Positions 43,801 to 52,500 of a stretch of DNA of 64,000 nt are shown piece after piece (within the stretch, counting starts at the first letter, position 1; the number at the start of each line of letters is the position of its first letter). Location of the stretch: contig JAKSOW010000001.1 of NCBI GenBank assembly GCA_024405395.1, positions 6,277 to 70,276 on the forward strand. Reading direction: 5' to 3'. Both the position numbers and the translations under genes were made by a program. Origin of the DNA: Kiritimatiellia bacterium. GTDB lineage: Bacteria; Verrucomicrobiota; Kiritimatiellia; RFP12; UBA1067. The notes under the pieces are model-generated. The model worked only from the letters and a program-made list of their open reading frames with translations, had not been told where the DNA came from and ran no database searches.

Positions 43801-46800
43801 TGGCGGGGGCCTCCGAGCAGGCGGTTGTGCGTGCCTATGGCGGACTGTCCGCCACGCTGGCGGATGGGCGGCTCACGCTGGCGGCCGGAACGTTGGCGCG
43901 TGGCTTCGGGGCCGTGGACGTGATCGACGGCGATGCCGTCAAGCAGTTCACCGTGCTGGTGCTGGCGAATGCGCGCCTGGCCACGGCGGCGAATGGCGGG
44001 CTTGTGCCCGCGGGCACGACGCATCTGCTGCAGCCCGATGTGGAGCGCGTGCAGCCCTGCCTCAACTTCACGAACGCGGCTTCGTCGGCCACCGTCGGCT
44101 TTGCCGAATTGCCGGCGGGCAAGTACGCGGTTCTGCCGCTCGACCGTTTTGAAAGCCATCCGGCCGTGGTGGGGAGCGCACCCCTGCTTGTGTCGGTGCC
44201 GGGCATTGCCGGCAGCTTCAAGATGAGCTATGGCGCCAACGGCACCTGCACGTTCCTCAAGGCCCAATACGGCAAGGCGGGCGTCACGAAGCGCGCCAAC
44301 TTCAAGTGGGGACACGTCACCACGACCGAAGGCAACTCCTACTACTCGGGCCAGATGCGCGTGTTCGACGTGCCGCAGGCGTTCTCGTCGTTGGCGGTGT
44401 CGTGCAATGCCACGGTCACGAACGGCGTTGAGCTGGCGGCCGTGCTGGTGGCGCCCTGCGACAGGGCGGGCGAAACCGAAGAGCTCTACTGCGATCTCCT
44501 GAAGGTGCTCTGCGGCTACAACTGTCAGCCGTGGCGCGTGAACGCCGGCACAGAGGCGGCGAAGGGAACGCTGACGCTGCACCCCACCTACGTGAACTGC
44601 AGCGTCGACTTCGAGTACGCCGAGGACATCGCGGGCCTGGCGGTCGAATACCGGGCCGCGGGCGCGAACGCCGCCTGGAGCCGTGCGCCGCGCTTCCCGC
44701 GCTTCACCGACAAGTGCGAGAACCGCGGCTCCATCCTTGATCTTGCCGAGGACACGGCCTACGAGGTGCGGATCGTGACGCCCGGCGGTGCCGTGCTGGC
44801 GCACGACACGTTCCGCACCTGGCGGAGCGACGTGCCGGTGGCGCGCACGGTGACGATCGACCCCGCCACCAGCTCGGTGCCGATCACGATCTCCGCCCGT
44901 GGCACGGAAGACGGTTGGATCCGCTATGTGCTCAAGCCCGGCAGCGTGCTCACGAACAGGACGGTCTCGGTTGGCGGCAGTTCGGCGGCGGTGACGTTTG
45001 ACGTGACGGGCGCAAGGAACGTGCTTCTCGACGACATGCGGCTGGTGGGCGGCGCACGCTACGTCATCCGCGTCACGAATTCGCAGGGCGTGCGGATCCG
45101 CAACTGTGACCTCTCCGGCTGGGGACGCGTGGGCGTGCCGCGATATGATCTGCCGGAAGGCGGAAAGTTCTACTACGACTACAACGGCACGACCAAGGCA
45201 ATCAACGGCGACCCGGCCATCTACATCGGATCGGGCGCGTCTGCGGTCACGGTGGAGCGCTGCTATGTGCACGATCCCCGTGGGCACGCCAACAGCTGGT
45301 ACTACTCGCATCCGGCCGGTCCGCAGGCGGTGATGATGTTCCGCCCCGACCATTCCGTCGTCTTGCGCTGGAACGACTTCTGCGGCGGCGATTGGCACCG
45401 CTACAACGACGTCGTTGAGGGGGATGGAAACTTCTTCGCCAACGGCGGCTTCAACCGCGATGCCGACGTCTACGGCAACTACATGGCCTTCTCGCAGGAC
45501 GATGCGATTGAGCTCGACGGCGGACAGCGGAATGTGCGCTGCTTCGACAATCGCTTCGAGTACAACTACTGCGGCGTCTCCGTGCAGGGCTGCATGACGA
45601 GCCCCTCCTACGTCTACCGCAATCTGTTCTCCGGGATGTGCGACGTCTTTTCGCTGAAGGGCCAGACCCTGAAGACCTCCACCAACACCTCGGGCGTGGA
45701 CGCCGTCACCTACGTGTGGGACAATTTCATGTGGGGCGGCGGATCGGGCACGTCCTTCCCCAATGCGAGCAAGTACGACTGGACACTTGAGGTGACGGGC
45801 AATGTGCTTTGCGCCAACCAGAAGATCTCCAACTTCGGGATTGCGACCGCCCGCAGCGTGAATGAAGGCAATGTTGAGGGTGCCCAGGTCAACGAAGGCC
45901 AGCTCGACGCCTCCTTCCCCAGGCGCAGTCTGCCGTTCGTCCTTGACCGTGCGCGCCTCACGGGACCGCGGGTGGTGGGCGGCAAGGCGGGGGCGTCGCG
46001 GCCCCTCGGGTCCGTTGACGTCGGGGCGGCGGTGTTCCGGTGGGAGGGCGCGAATGGCGTGACGTCGCACTGGCCGTTTGTCTGCACCGCCCCCGTCGCG
46101 ATTTCCACCAACGCCGTCTGCACCTACGATCTGCGGCGGGATCTCGTCTTTGCCGCCGATGTCTCCTCTGGGCCGTTGCCGTTCGTCAAGACGGGCCCGG
46201 GCGCCATGGTGCTCGCCGGCGACACGGATGGCACGGCCTTCAGCTTCGGCACTTCCCAGACGGGCAATGGCTATCCGGCGTTGCCGGGCTATGCGACGCG
46301 CTTCTTCCTGCCCGCGGACGGCTCCATGCCCACCACGGGCTTCGCCGGGATCTTCTCGCTGATGGACGGGCGGTTCGTCGTGAACCGCGGGCGCATGACG
46401 GTGAAGCAGACGAGTTCGCGGGCGTTCATCGGCGGCTGGACGGCCGATGCCGGCGAGACGGAGAAGGATGTGGCCTTTGAGGTGAATGGCGGCAGGGTGG
46501 ACTTCAACACCATCGTCTACCTCGGCCATCGCCACGGCCTGCTCAACTTCAATACGCCGAATGGTCCGGCGAAGGCCTGCCTCAACGTCAACGGCGGAAC
46601 GTTCTTCATGGGTTCGTCGAAGAGTTTTGTCATGGGCAGCTATGACGTCCCCTCGGGGCGTGTGCTCAACAGCGACCTTCGGCTAAACGTGGGCCGGGAT
46701 GGCGAGTTCGCCATGTCGCCGCAGTACTATGCGCCGTTCAGCGTTCCGCAGCGTCGTGGACAGGCCGCCGCCATCACCGTGAACGGCGGTCGTTTCCGCA

Positions 46801-48383
46801 GCAACGTGGTGCTTGTGGGCACCGCCGCCAGTGCCGACGACGTCACCGCTCCAGTTTCGGTCACGGTGGCGAATGGCGGCGAATTCCGCTGCGAATCGTT
46901 CACCAACAATCTTCTGCAGAAAACCTCCGCGTCTCCGCTCACGATTGTCGTCGGCGAGGGCGGGGCGTTCCTGGTGGACCACTTCGCGAATCTTCCCGGC
47001 GGCATCGTCGACATGACCGTGGACGGCGGCATTCTGGGCAATGCGCAGATCAACGGGCGGCAGCTGGGCGCGCGCAAGATTCTTGCGGCCGCAAACTTCG
47101 CGAAGCTGGCGGTGGGGCCGAAGGGCATGACCGTTCGGGCAAAGGGGAAGACGCCGGCGGGCGAGGCGATCACCTGTGTGGTCGGCACGCCGCTTTCCGG
47201 CTCGGGCCCGATCACGATTGACGCCGACCGCGGCAACAGGGTGGAGTTCGCGGACGGCAGCGCCTTTGAGGGCCGCCTGGTGATGAACGCCGGTGCGTTG
47301 CGCATTCCGGCGGGGATGACGCTCACGGCCGACGACATCTCCGGGCTGGACGCGCTTGAGCTTGAGGGCACGCTCGTCTGCCAGGTCGCCGATGGCGCCA
47401 AGATCTCACTGAATTGTCCGGTGACGGGTGGCGGCCGGATCGTCAAGACGGGCGGCGGCACGTTGCGCCTGGCCGCCCATGTGGCGGCAGACGTCCTGGA
47501 GGCACGCGAGGGCGTGGTGGAGGTGGGGGCTTCCTTCAATGCCGTTCGCCGGGTGCGCTTCGGACGCGGCATCGTGAAGCTCGCCGCCAAGGAGGCCCTG
47601 TCGCTCGCGGAACTGGAATGGACGGATCCTTTGGCGGCAATGGACACGTGCGCCTATCTGGACCTGAATGGCTTCGCCAACACCAATGGCGTGCTCGTCT
47701 CGGTGACGCCCGCTGCGGCGGACGGACACTTCTGGGTGAAGAACAGCGGGTCCGGTACGGTCGTGTGGACGCTCGTCAATCGTGCACCGGGCACGAATGT
47801 TGCCTATCTGGCCACCGCCGAACGCGTGCGCGTGAACATCAAGCGCGTTTCCGTCCCGAGCCCCCGGGGCACGCAGATCATGAGCAATCTGGTGGTGAGG
47901 GCCAATGGCTATGGTTTCACCGCCGCCTGCGAGAACTATGTGCTGGCGGGCGATTGCCATTTCCCCAACCTTGAGAATCTGCAGTTCAACAGCGGGGCGA
48001 AGACTGTGCTCGAGTTCGCGAACCCGAAGCCAGACGCGTTTCCGTCGCTGCGGCAGATCGTCATCGACAGCCACACGCTCACGCTCAACGACCGGGCCCT
48101 CGCCTCGCTGTATGCCCGGCGGCGGAAGTGGACGTACTCCAGCAATCAGGCCTCCAGCCTTGTGCTGCCGCCGAACAGCCGTCTGGTTGCGGCCGCCTGG
48201 ATCGAGCGTGGCGTCTCGCCCAGCGTGAATCACGCCAAGGGCGTGTACGGCCCCGAACAGTATGCCGAGGGCTGGCCCAATCGCACGCTCAAGCCCGCCT
48301 CGGCCGGCATTCGCGTGCTGTCCTCCGGTCCGGGGGCGGTGACGCTGCCCGACGAGGCCAACTTCATGTTCTTCATGCGATAG
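37854..48383 (+). CDS. giant (3509 aa) exported multidomain surface protein
   Basis: The signal peptide is ...LAAALCLFATAVHAASA. PATR-type repeats such as GGGTLVLTGANTFTGGVTVEAGYL occur at the N-terminus and again near the C-terminus (GGGTLRLAAHV). The LamG_3-like sequence is DGTVEAWFRADAW...GEWVHIAAQW...GAVDQLRVS (~41560-42150). A Cys-His-Asp core lies at ~42770-42920. An FN3-like region plus a beta-helix (VIRVTNSQGVRIRNCDLSG...) lies at ~44530-45850. Confidence 0.85.
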   Translation: MGNYGLKSGLGGRLAAALCLFATAVHAASATFSHDANATVADSRRLTEATTIAVAKDARVVYSGVLSGPGSLRLTGGGTLVLTGANTFTGGVTVEAGYLVCSNALALGTGTATIMGQRDDYSGPCEIGFWGVGPGRSDSVTYANPIRVTGSSTALYPALYFFGQNCVLNGSVTAEQDLVFYEDHNAAKSINSANWDRYQHVLSATFNGPVTAAGMIGYRGMTRWAFNGKVTTPLFHTALTRPKRPDDIDSTDGNNNAHGAFLLNAANAIGEFRNARSPVYLGVENALAGSVLSWEKNTSLCTVGFFYSQLYGGSYRNQRVAGLSSVSAPVAASYDWRVHGASSANRFVLAGTGAAAETFAASAALTGSMSFIVDARPDYSQTLQDRHHTFSGTLAVSNGTLNVERGSFSNVTALVVGAHGTLRLDTPLSGGQVFPKLSSLEIVKGGVLAVPETMLLTTKTLIVNGTKKSPGLHYAESVPGFTGAAIVCLNADGSMPVVGDLTGAQTIREPFAALGDRMWRLAAGETLTFEGTLRRVEGMVTVVSPKNTANPARVVLKGTNSIDGALVTTAAVLQVSGLLANSLRQDQGQAANRGGSVVTVDGYPGGGYLFVSNAVIEKPVYLHGSGYGILRSAAATTTILKGHVAWPTPWPGFTAAKDSEIVFEGGFTSGHTLRTNGQGTFRVRNTPVTATASVGWNIGGGTVALDVCGNKFSYLCAGHYNGDTAAIVCNADRAFDVTANAGLVNGCWWNDGYSGFSVMTSGSGIVDLKGTVQQVNKYAGSSRSTLRGEAGARLEILQQTPDSRLKAPELYFASAIEGEVTVAMYGPGRLVLTNRVFETTGGLEATNGIVEIARGARWLGTGDVTLRGSARLVLHERDQLAPSVHLRIGEAAKIEIPAGTSLTVKTVDVWDGTGWLPLKTAGSHAAGDGGMLAGFITGGGTLNIVGEEVAAGVAMPLEWNVTYPVDVPYEVEIDTAKLHALGGIAANTGFRVFATVAGAMREVGVSCLAGRVPGRVALRFSVPAGTTALTCRAGVGRLELLDAQTADNLFAGVLASATGWVCDKTVSCAVRTNGLSIASTGAGNYYAKCSVPVPADWRGKSVRLEIDATSESVLPWGGFIRLWQYDANGTRLPESVSDVRWTSHMRPPEKLAQYRENGRIHPDCATVEARFEVRGTSTAFDLYGLPLADEEDTKARLLVSRLVLRRAAELPFPKYDDRFFSAGVSGDAGDTALRLGGEDHNGFFYATHSQAVWSEGMDSRDEAQNFFPAGDGTVEAWFRADAWPSKETYLFQGFQGYSAQKSANGRSELFSLRYTHSSKRLYLYMKDRQNTVFSAQATQALPVGEWVHIAAQWSVNGQARVFVNGKEALARDITGFRPVDLSAEQYPDEEIVTEFFLGSTSASARNTETAENAGAPFFQGAVDQLRVSTGTRYAGAFTPARRHVPDAATRALFAFDRSYDGESGGGCRFIRGSIRSFADRVRHTLDLGGNEVPYWPAEILPENDHRQVLNIDNYPDLPTVDEFLSARRATNAVFDVSPGATFTLNLPGTVYRDYVEIANTGTSPLLYPTVVNAGEIDPRSFGDIRDTLGLAELDDRACANKIFQFVLGASDYFMNHSAFFAPGTDTPGDVEYQALMMLNGYCGFECGPLNSMTKNLFTCSGGLPSSQTGGYGHSFEQVFYDGKNHIYDLSAQKFFPAMDNETAAYLEEAGDQPGIFHRIGGNPDHFIRKSRRGADASSPSFSEKVAMSLNPGERLRVWFDNDGEGNDLQCSKSSVQNDSALHKENYDDRCHAVAGSAGSIWRVHRHFPHYGNGFLVYEGPVDVANPAFAASTKSSAVYAVKSCYPITAAEYSAKLQDGTYAPMQLSTDRGATWRALPAGKVRYPVRARTEYLVRAMADPAKVVRFSAITEVQVNVRIFTGGVHAGANALTFKANGGEAARVTLGWREPAKRLEIRGGVYSGTIPGSERQLVLLDPASTLTLDVAGASEQAVVRAYGGLSATLADGRLTLAAGTLARGFGAVDVIDGDAVKQFTVLVLANARLATAANGGLVPAGTTHLLQPDVERVQPCLNFTNAASSATVGFAELPAGKYAVLPLDRFESHPAVVGSAPLLVSVPGIAGSFKMSYGANGTCTFLKAQYGKAGVTKRANFKWGHVTTTEGNSYYSGQMRVFDVPQAFSSLAVSCNATVTNGVELAAVLVAPCDRAGETEELYCDLLKVLCGYNCQPWRVNAGTEAAKGTLTLHPTYVNCSVDFEYAEDIAGLAVEYRAAGANAAWSRAPRFPRFTDKCENRGSILDLAEDTAYEVRIVTPGGAVLAHDTFRTWRSDVPVARTVTIDPATSSVPITISARGTEDGWIRYVLKPGSVLTNRTVSVGGSSAAVTFDVTGARNVLLDDMRLVGGARYVIRVTNSQGVRIRNCDLSGWGRVGVPRYDLPEGGKFYYDYNGTTKAINGDPAIYIGSGASAVTVERCYVHDPRGHANSWYYSHPAGPQAVMMFRPDHSVVLRWNDFCGGDWHRYNDVVEGDGNFFANGGFNRDADVYGNYMAFSQDDAIELDGGQRNVRCFDNRFEYNYCGVSVQGCMTSPSYVYRNLFSGMCDVFSLKGQTLKTSTNTSGVDAVTYVWDNFMWGGGSGTSFPNASKYDWTLEVTGNVLCANQKISNFGIATARSVNEGNVEGAQVNEGQLDASFPRRSLPFVLDRARLTGPRVVGGKAGASRPLGSVDVGAAVFRWEGANGVTSHWPFVCTAPVAISTNAVCTYDLRRDLVFAADVSSGPLPFVKTGPGAMVLAGDTDGTAFSFGTSQTGNGYPALPGYATRFFLPADGSMPTTGFAGIFSLMDGRFVVNRGRMTVKQTSSRAFIGGWTADAGETEKDVAFEVNGGRVDFNTIVYLGHRHGLLNFNTPNGPAKACLNVNGGTFFMGSSKSFVMGSYDVPSGRVLNSDLRLNVGRDGEFAMSPQYYAPFSVPQRRGQAAAITVNGGRFRSNVVLVGTAASADDVTAPVSVTVANGGEFRCESFTNNLLQKTSASPLTIVVGEGGAFLVDHFANLPGGIVDMTVDGGILGNAQINGRQLGARKILAAANFAKLAVGPKGMTVRAKGKTPAGEAITCVVGTPLSGSGPITIDADRGNRVEFADGSAFEGRLVMNAGALRIPAGMTLTADDISGLDALELEGTLVCQVADGAKISLNCPVTGGGRIVKTGGGTLRLAAHVAADVLEAREGVVEVGASFNAVRRVRFGRGIVKLAAKEALSLAELEWTDPLAAMDTCAYLDLNGFANTNGVLVSVTPAAADGHFWVKNSGSGTVVWTLVNRAPGTNVAYLATAERVRVNIKRVSVPSPRGTQIMSNLVVRANGYGFTAACENYVLAGDCHFPNLENLQFNSGAKTVLEFANPKPDAFPSLRQIVIDSHTLTLNDRALASLYARRRKWTYSSNQASSLVLPPNSRLVAAAWIERGVSPSVNHAKGVYGPEQYAEGWPNRTLKPASAGIRVLSSGPGAVTLPDEANFMFFMR

Positions 48384-48386
48384 GGG

Positions 48387-49271
48387 ATGCAGACGAGAAT
48401 GAACAGGATCTTCATGATGGTGGTGGCCGCAGTTGGCCTGGCGCATGCCACGGTGGTCGACCCCGGTGCCGGCGTTGCCGTGAACCTGGGCACGCTCACG
48501 GGCATGGAGAACGTGGAGACGTGCTCCGGCATCGTCACCGCCAGGCTTGGCAACGACTTCGGCGGCACGCTGAAGGCCTCGGGCGGCACGTTGGCGCTTA
48601 CGGGATTTGGTGCGCCCACGGCGCTTACGGTGCGAACGAAGTGGACGGATGCCGATGCGCCGCGTTCCCTGCCGTTCACGGTGCGCAAGAATGCGGAGTT
48701 CGACTGGTTTGAGGTGGAGCCCGCGGGCGGCATCCTCTCGCCTGGCACCGAGACGGAGTTCACCGTGCTGCTCAACACGGCGGTGATGACCAATCGCCAT
48801 TTCTATCGCGGGGCGTTCTTCGTGGCGGCCACGAATGGCCTGTCTCGTCCGGTGAGCGTAAGTGTGGAGACGGACTTCGTGCCGCCGTTTCACGCCGAGC
48901 GCCCTGGCGACATCGCCCTCTATGCCGATGTCGCCCATCCGGCTTCCGGCTCGGCCGAGGCGGGAGAGGCGGAATATGCCTTTGACGTCACCGTGGCCAC
49001 GAACTACTATTTCATGATCCACGGATCGGCGATGACAAAGCAGACGATTGCCGCCGCCGTGGACGGCGACTCCTATGCGAACAGCGTACAGCAGGTGATG
49101 TACTATCCCATTTGGACGATGATCGCCCCAGGCAAGGCCTTTGGCGACTACATGCGCGCCTATCCGCTGACGGTCGGGCGCCATGTGATCCGCATCAAGG
49201 CGGACTATGCCGCCTTCCCCTATGACGGGGTGGTGCTCACCACCAATCCCACCTCCTTCGAACCACGGTGA
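48387..49271 (+). CDS. exported protein, Ig-like + jelly-roll/CBM-like (hypothetical), coupled to the giant gene
   Basis: The start is 3 nt after the giant gene's TAG. The signal peptide is MNRIFMMVVAAVGLAHA. FDWFEVEPAGGILSPGTETEFTVLLN resembles BACON/Ig-like modules. The C-terminal YYFMIHG...GRHVIRIKADYAAFPYDGVVLT looks CBM-like. Confidence 0.65.
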   Translation: MQTRMNRIFMMVVAAVGLAHATVVDPGAGVAVNLGTLTGMENVETCSGIVTARLGNDFGGTLKASGGTLALTGFGAPTALTVRTKWTDADAPRSLPFTVRKNAEFDWFEVEPAGGILSPGTETEFTVLLNTAVMTNRHFYRGAFFVAATNGLSRPVSVSVETDFVPPFHAERPGDIALYADVAHPASGSAEAGEAEYAFDVTVATNYYFMIHGSAMTKQTIAAAVDGDSYANSVQQVMYYPIWTMIAPGKAFGDYMRAYPLTVGRHVIRIKADYAAFPYDGVVLTTNPTSFEPR

Positions 49272-49328
49272 ACAAATTGTGAATACCGCAAAATCGTTCA
49301 TTATTGTGAACAATGAACCGAAACGGGA

Positions 49329-49344
49329 GGGCTTATGGTATACT
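49329..49344 (+). promoter_or_regulatory. candidate extended -10 promoter GGGCTTATGGTATACT upstream of the 2015-aa gene
   Basis: The TGn-TATACT element lies at 49336..49344 in a low-GC 266-nt gap. The same 12-mer, GGGCTTATGGTA, recurs at 57762. It would give a leader of about 190 nt. Confidence 0.35.
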
Positions 49345-49536
49345 ATTCGAGCTTCTTGGACACGGCATCGGGAGTTGAAGGAAGAAATGTGGTCATATTT
49401 AAGCAGATTACGGAGCTCGGTTCGGGAAATGAACCGTCGGACGAAATCGCACGGAGAACGTGTAACCTTAAGGTGAGACGCACGTAGACAAGACAAAAGG
49501 GCAAATTCAACGATTTAAAGGAAGGCAAGGATCCCA

Positions 49537-52500
49537 ATGAGTTTGACAATCAACGATTTCCGCAATGTCCTCGGCAAGGTGAATGATGGTGACGTCGTCT
49601 TCGGACGGACCGCGGCTGGCCTGGAGGACAAGAACGCCATCGAAAAGGCCAATTACGGCGGCACAATCGCCAAGCTGTTCCGCAACTACCGCACTGTGGT
49701 CTCGGATCCTGCCCGCAACCGCGAGATCCGTCAGGCCTTCATGAGCGCCATCGAGAATTCGCGGGAAGGTCGTGCGGCTCAGGCGGAGACGCTGAACGCC
49801 ATCCGGCAGCAGCTTGGCCTCGAGCCGGCGGACCAAATTGCCGCCCGACCGCTCACCCGACGCGACGTGCAGGCGATCCTGGAGCGTCTTGACGCCGACG
49901 TGAAGGTGCACAAGCTGGTTGTTAAGGAATTCGCCTCGCTCGCCAACCGCGGACTTTATGACGCCAACATGCTGAATGAGGTCACGGCGATTCTGGATGA
50001 ACCCCAGATGCGGACGATCAAGGCCTACAAGTCGCTTCTGCCGAAGAACTATCTGGGCCTGACGTCGGACGCCGCCACCAAGTTCGTCAAGAACAACATC
50101 AACGTGATCCGTGCCAATGTGGCCGGCGAGCTCTACATGCTGCTGCGTGAAGGACGTTTGAAAAATCCCGCCGCCCGTTTGACGCGGTATGACGTCGAAC
50201 TGACCGTCCGCCAGGTCGTACGCGACATCATGAAGGCCTATGCGGCGGGCGTTCCGGCACAGTCGAGCGTGACGCGCCTTCCGAAGGTGCCTGAGCAGCC
50301 GCAGGAACTGGATGCGAATCTTAAGGCGCGTTTCGACGTCCAGCCTGGCGAGGAGGGGGGCGGGACCAAGGCGGTGCCCAAGCTGAAGGCTATTCTGCCG
50401 GTGATTTTCGGTGATGCCGGCGAGGCTCCCGAGAATGGCCTCAGCTACGCCAAGCTGGCGGCCAAGGGGCTCTCGGCCATGCTGATGGACGACCTCTCGC
50501 GTCTGTTGGTGCGCCTTTCCGACGAAAACCACCACAACCTGAATGTCGTGAGCGACCAGGCCAACGCCGTGGCCGGTGGTCTGCTGGGGGTCGATCTCGC
50601 CGAGCTGGCCGCACTTGATCCTGCGGACCTGAAGAAGCTCGGCCGTCGGATTCTGCGTGAACTCGCGGGCGCAGGCGTCGATCTGGCTGCGCTGCCGCCT
50701 GGGGCGCTTCTTCAGCGGGTGGGCACGAAGATCCAGGAGGCGCTCCACCCCGCCGCGACCGACAAGCTGATCGCCGACCGTGTCGCGAACCTCTTCCCGA
50801 ACGCAACGAACGAGGTGAAGGAGAACGCCACGAAGGCGATCAAGGAACGCCTCGCAGGGGCGACGGACATCCAGAAGATGTCGGTGGCGGCCTACCGCAA
50901 GGCGGTGTTCAAGGCAGCTCTGCAGGGCGTGGCGGTGCCCGCCGAGGCGGATTCAAGCGTGCTCGACGAAATCGCACGCGATGTGGAGATGTCGATGAAC
51001 GAGACGGCCGAGACGCGTCGCAATCGTTTCATCGAGATAGGAAGCGACAAGGCCTGCAGCATGTTCTTCGCACTGTTCTCCGTCCACAAAGATGAAACGA
51101 AGGAACTTCTCGGCATGCTGTTGGCGCTCGTGGTGAAGTTCGGCCCAACGCGTTTGTACGAGGCCGGGATTCTTGAGAATGACCAGAGTTTCGGGGTCAA
51201 GGACGTGACAGGTAACGCAGCAAAGGAGGAGTTGTTGGTGTCGCGCATCCGTACGCTTGCCAACGAACTGAGCACCGCCGATGCGCGTTTGGTTGCCGAC
51301 TACGTGAAGTGTGGTGCCGCAGCCGCCGACAGTGGCATCCGCCTTGGCTTCGCCAATGCCTGGACGGACAAGCCGAAAGGGTACATGCCCGTGTTGGAGG
51401 CCTTCCGAGAGGGGCTTATCGATTTCGCGAATCTCAATCCTGTCGCCTGCCGTCGTCTGCTGCCCATATTCGTGAGTGTGTTCGCCGTGCAGGGCGGCGA
51501 AGAGACCAGTGGTTATGTCGAGCGCATTCCTCTGAACGAGTCGGATGAGGCCGTCGCTAATGGCGAAGATGTGGAGACGATCCGCGTGATCTATCCCGAG
51601 GTGCGTACGGCCCAGCTGAAGATGGGGAGCGACCTCTCGCGGTTCAGCATTGGGGAGCCGGAGCCTGATATGCGCAAGCGTCAGCTCTTCAACGCACCCG
51701 GCGCCCGATTCTCGTTGTCGTGCGGCTTCGGAACGGTTGACGTGGCGGCGATTCTGAAGCTTCTTTCGGAATGCGGCATCGATCCAGCTCGCCTCAACGA
51801 GCCTGAGACCTACCGGCAGTTCCTCGTCCTGCAGCATCTGGCGTCCGCCAACGGCTTCCACCTTGAGGGGCTCAAGGAATGGAGCGAGCGCACGGTGGGC
51901 AAGCCGTTTGCCGAGATCCACCTGATTGACATCGCCAAGCTGCTTGTGAAGCAAGGTGACGCGGACGCCGTGATCAAGGACAAGATGGACGACTACGGCA
52001 TCTTCTCCGGCAACAAGCCCAAGGTGGCGAACTTCGTCCGCGGACGCGTCACGCTGCAGGAGGCGAAGCTGTCCAAGGAGGAGATGGTGCAGCTTCGTCA
52101 GGCGCTTCTGTCGCTGACGGGCGCAGACGCCACCGTCACAACAAAGGTGATGGGCTATGACGTTACGCTCAGCCGCAGCGTGAACGGCACGCTGACGGGT
52201 GTCTTCGACGGGATGCCGTTCGCCTATCCGCGTCCGCTGAACGAGCTGGTGGCCGAGATCGAGAACGCGATCGTCGCCCAGGCCGGCGAATATTCGGTGG
52301 ACGACGTGAAGGCCATTCTGCCGCAGATCGAGAACGGCGTGCCTGTGGGGATGCCGATTGGCCGTGCCCGCGAGCTCGCCGTCGGCGTGCTCGCCGCCAA
52401 GCTCGGTGAGCTGCCCGTGACGTTCAGTGCCTTCTCCACGGTCGATCTCGTCACGAAGGCCGTAGCCGCCCTTGATGGCCGCTTCACGAAGGCGAACCTG

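Noticed and set aside
37767-46535. Two very long minus-strand ORFs (37767..41801, 1344 aa; 41853..46535, 1560 aa).
   Set aside because: They lie antisense to the 3509-aa gene. Their translations are monotonous R/G/A/H/P/V-rich strings with no motifs. The plus strand shows a signal peptide and PATR, LamG and beta-helix signatures. Long stop-free antisense frames are expected in DNA of this GC content.
48330-48383. Possible PEP-CTERM-like sorting signal at the C-terminus of the giant protein (…LPDEANFMFFMR).
   Set aside because: The hydrophobic stretch is only ~5 residues and there is no basic cluster of the usual form. It does not fit the PEP-CTERM layout.
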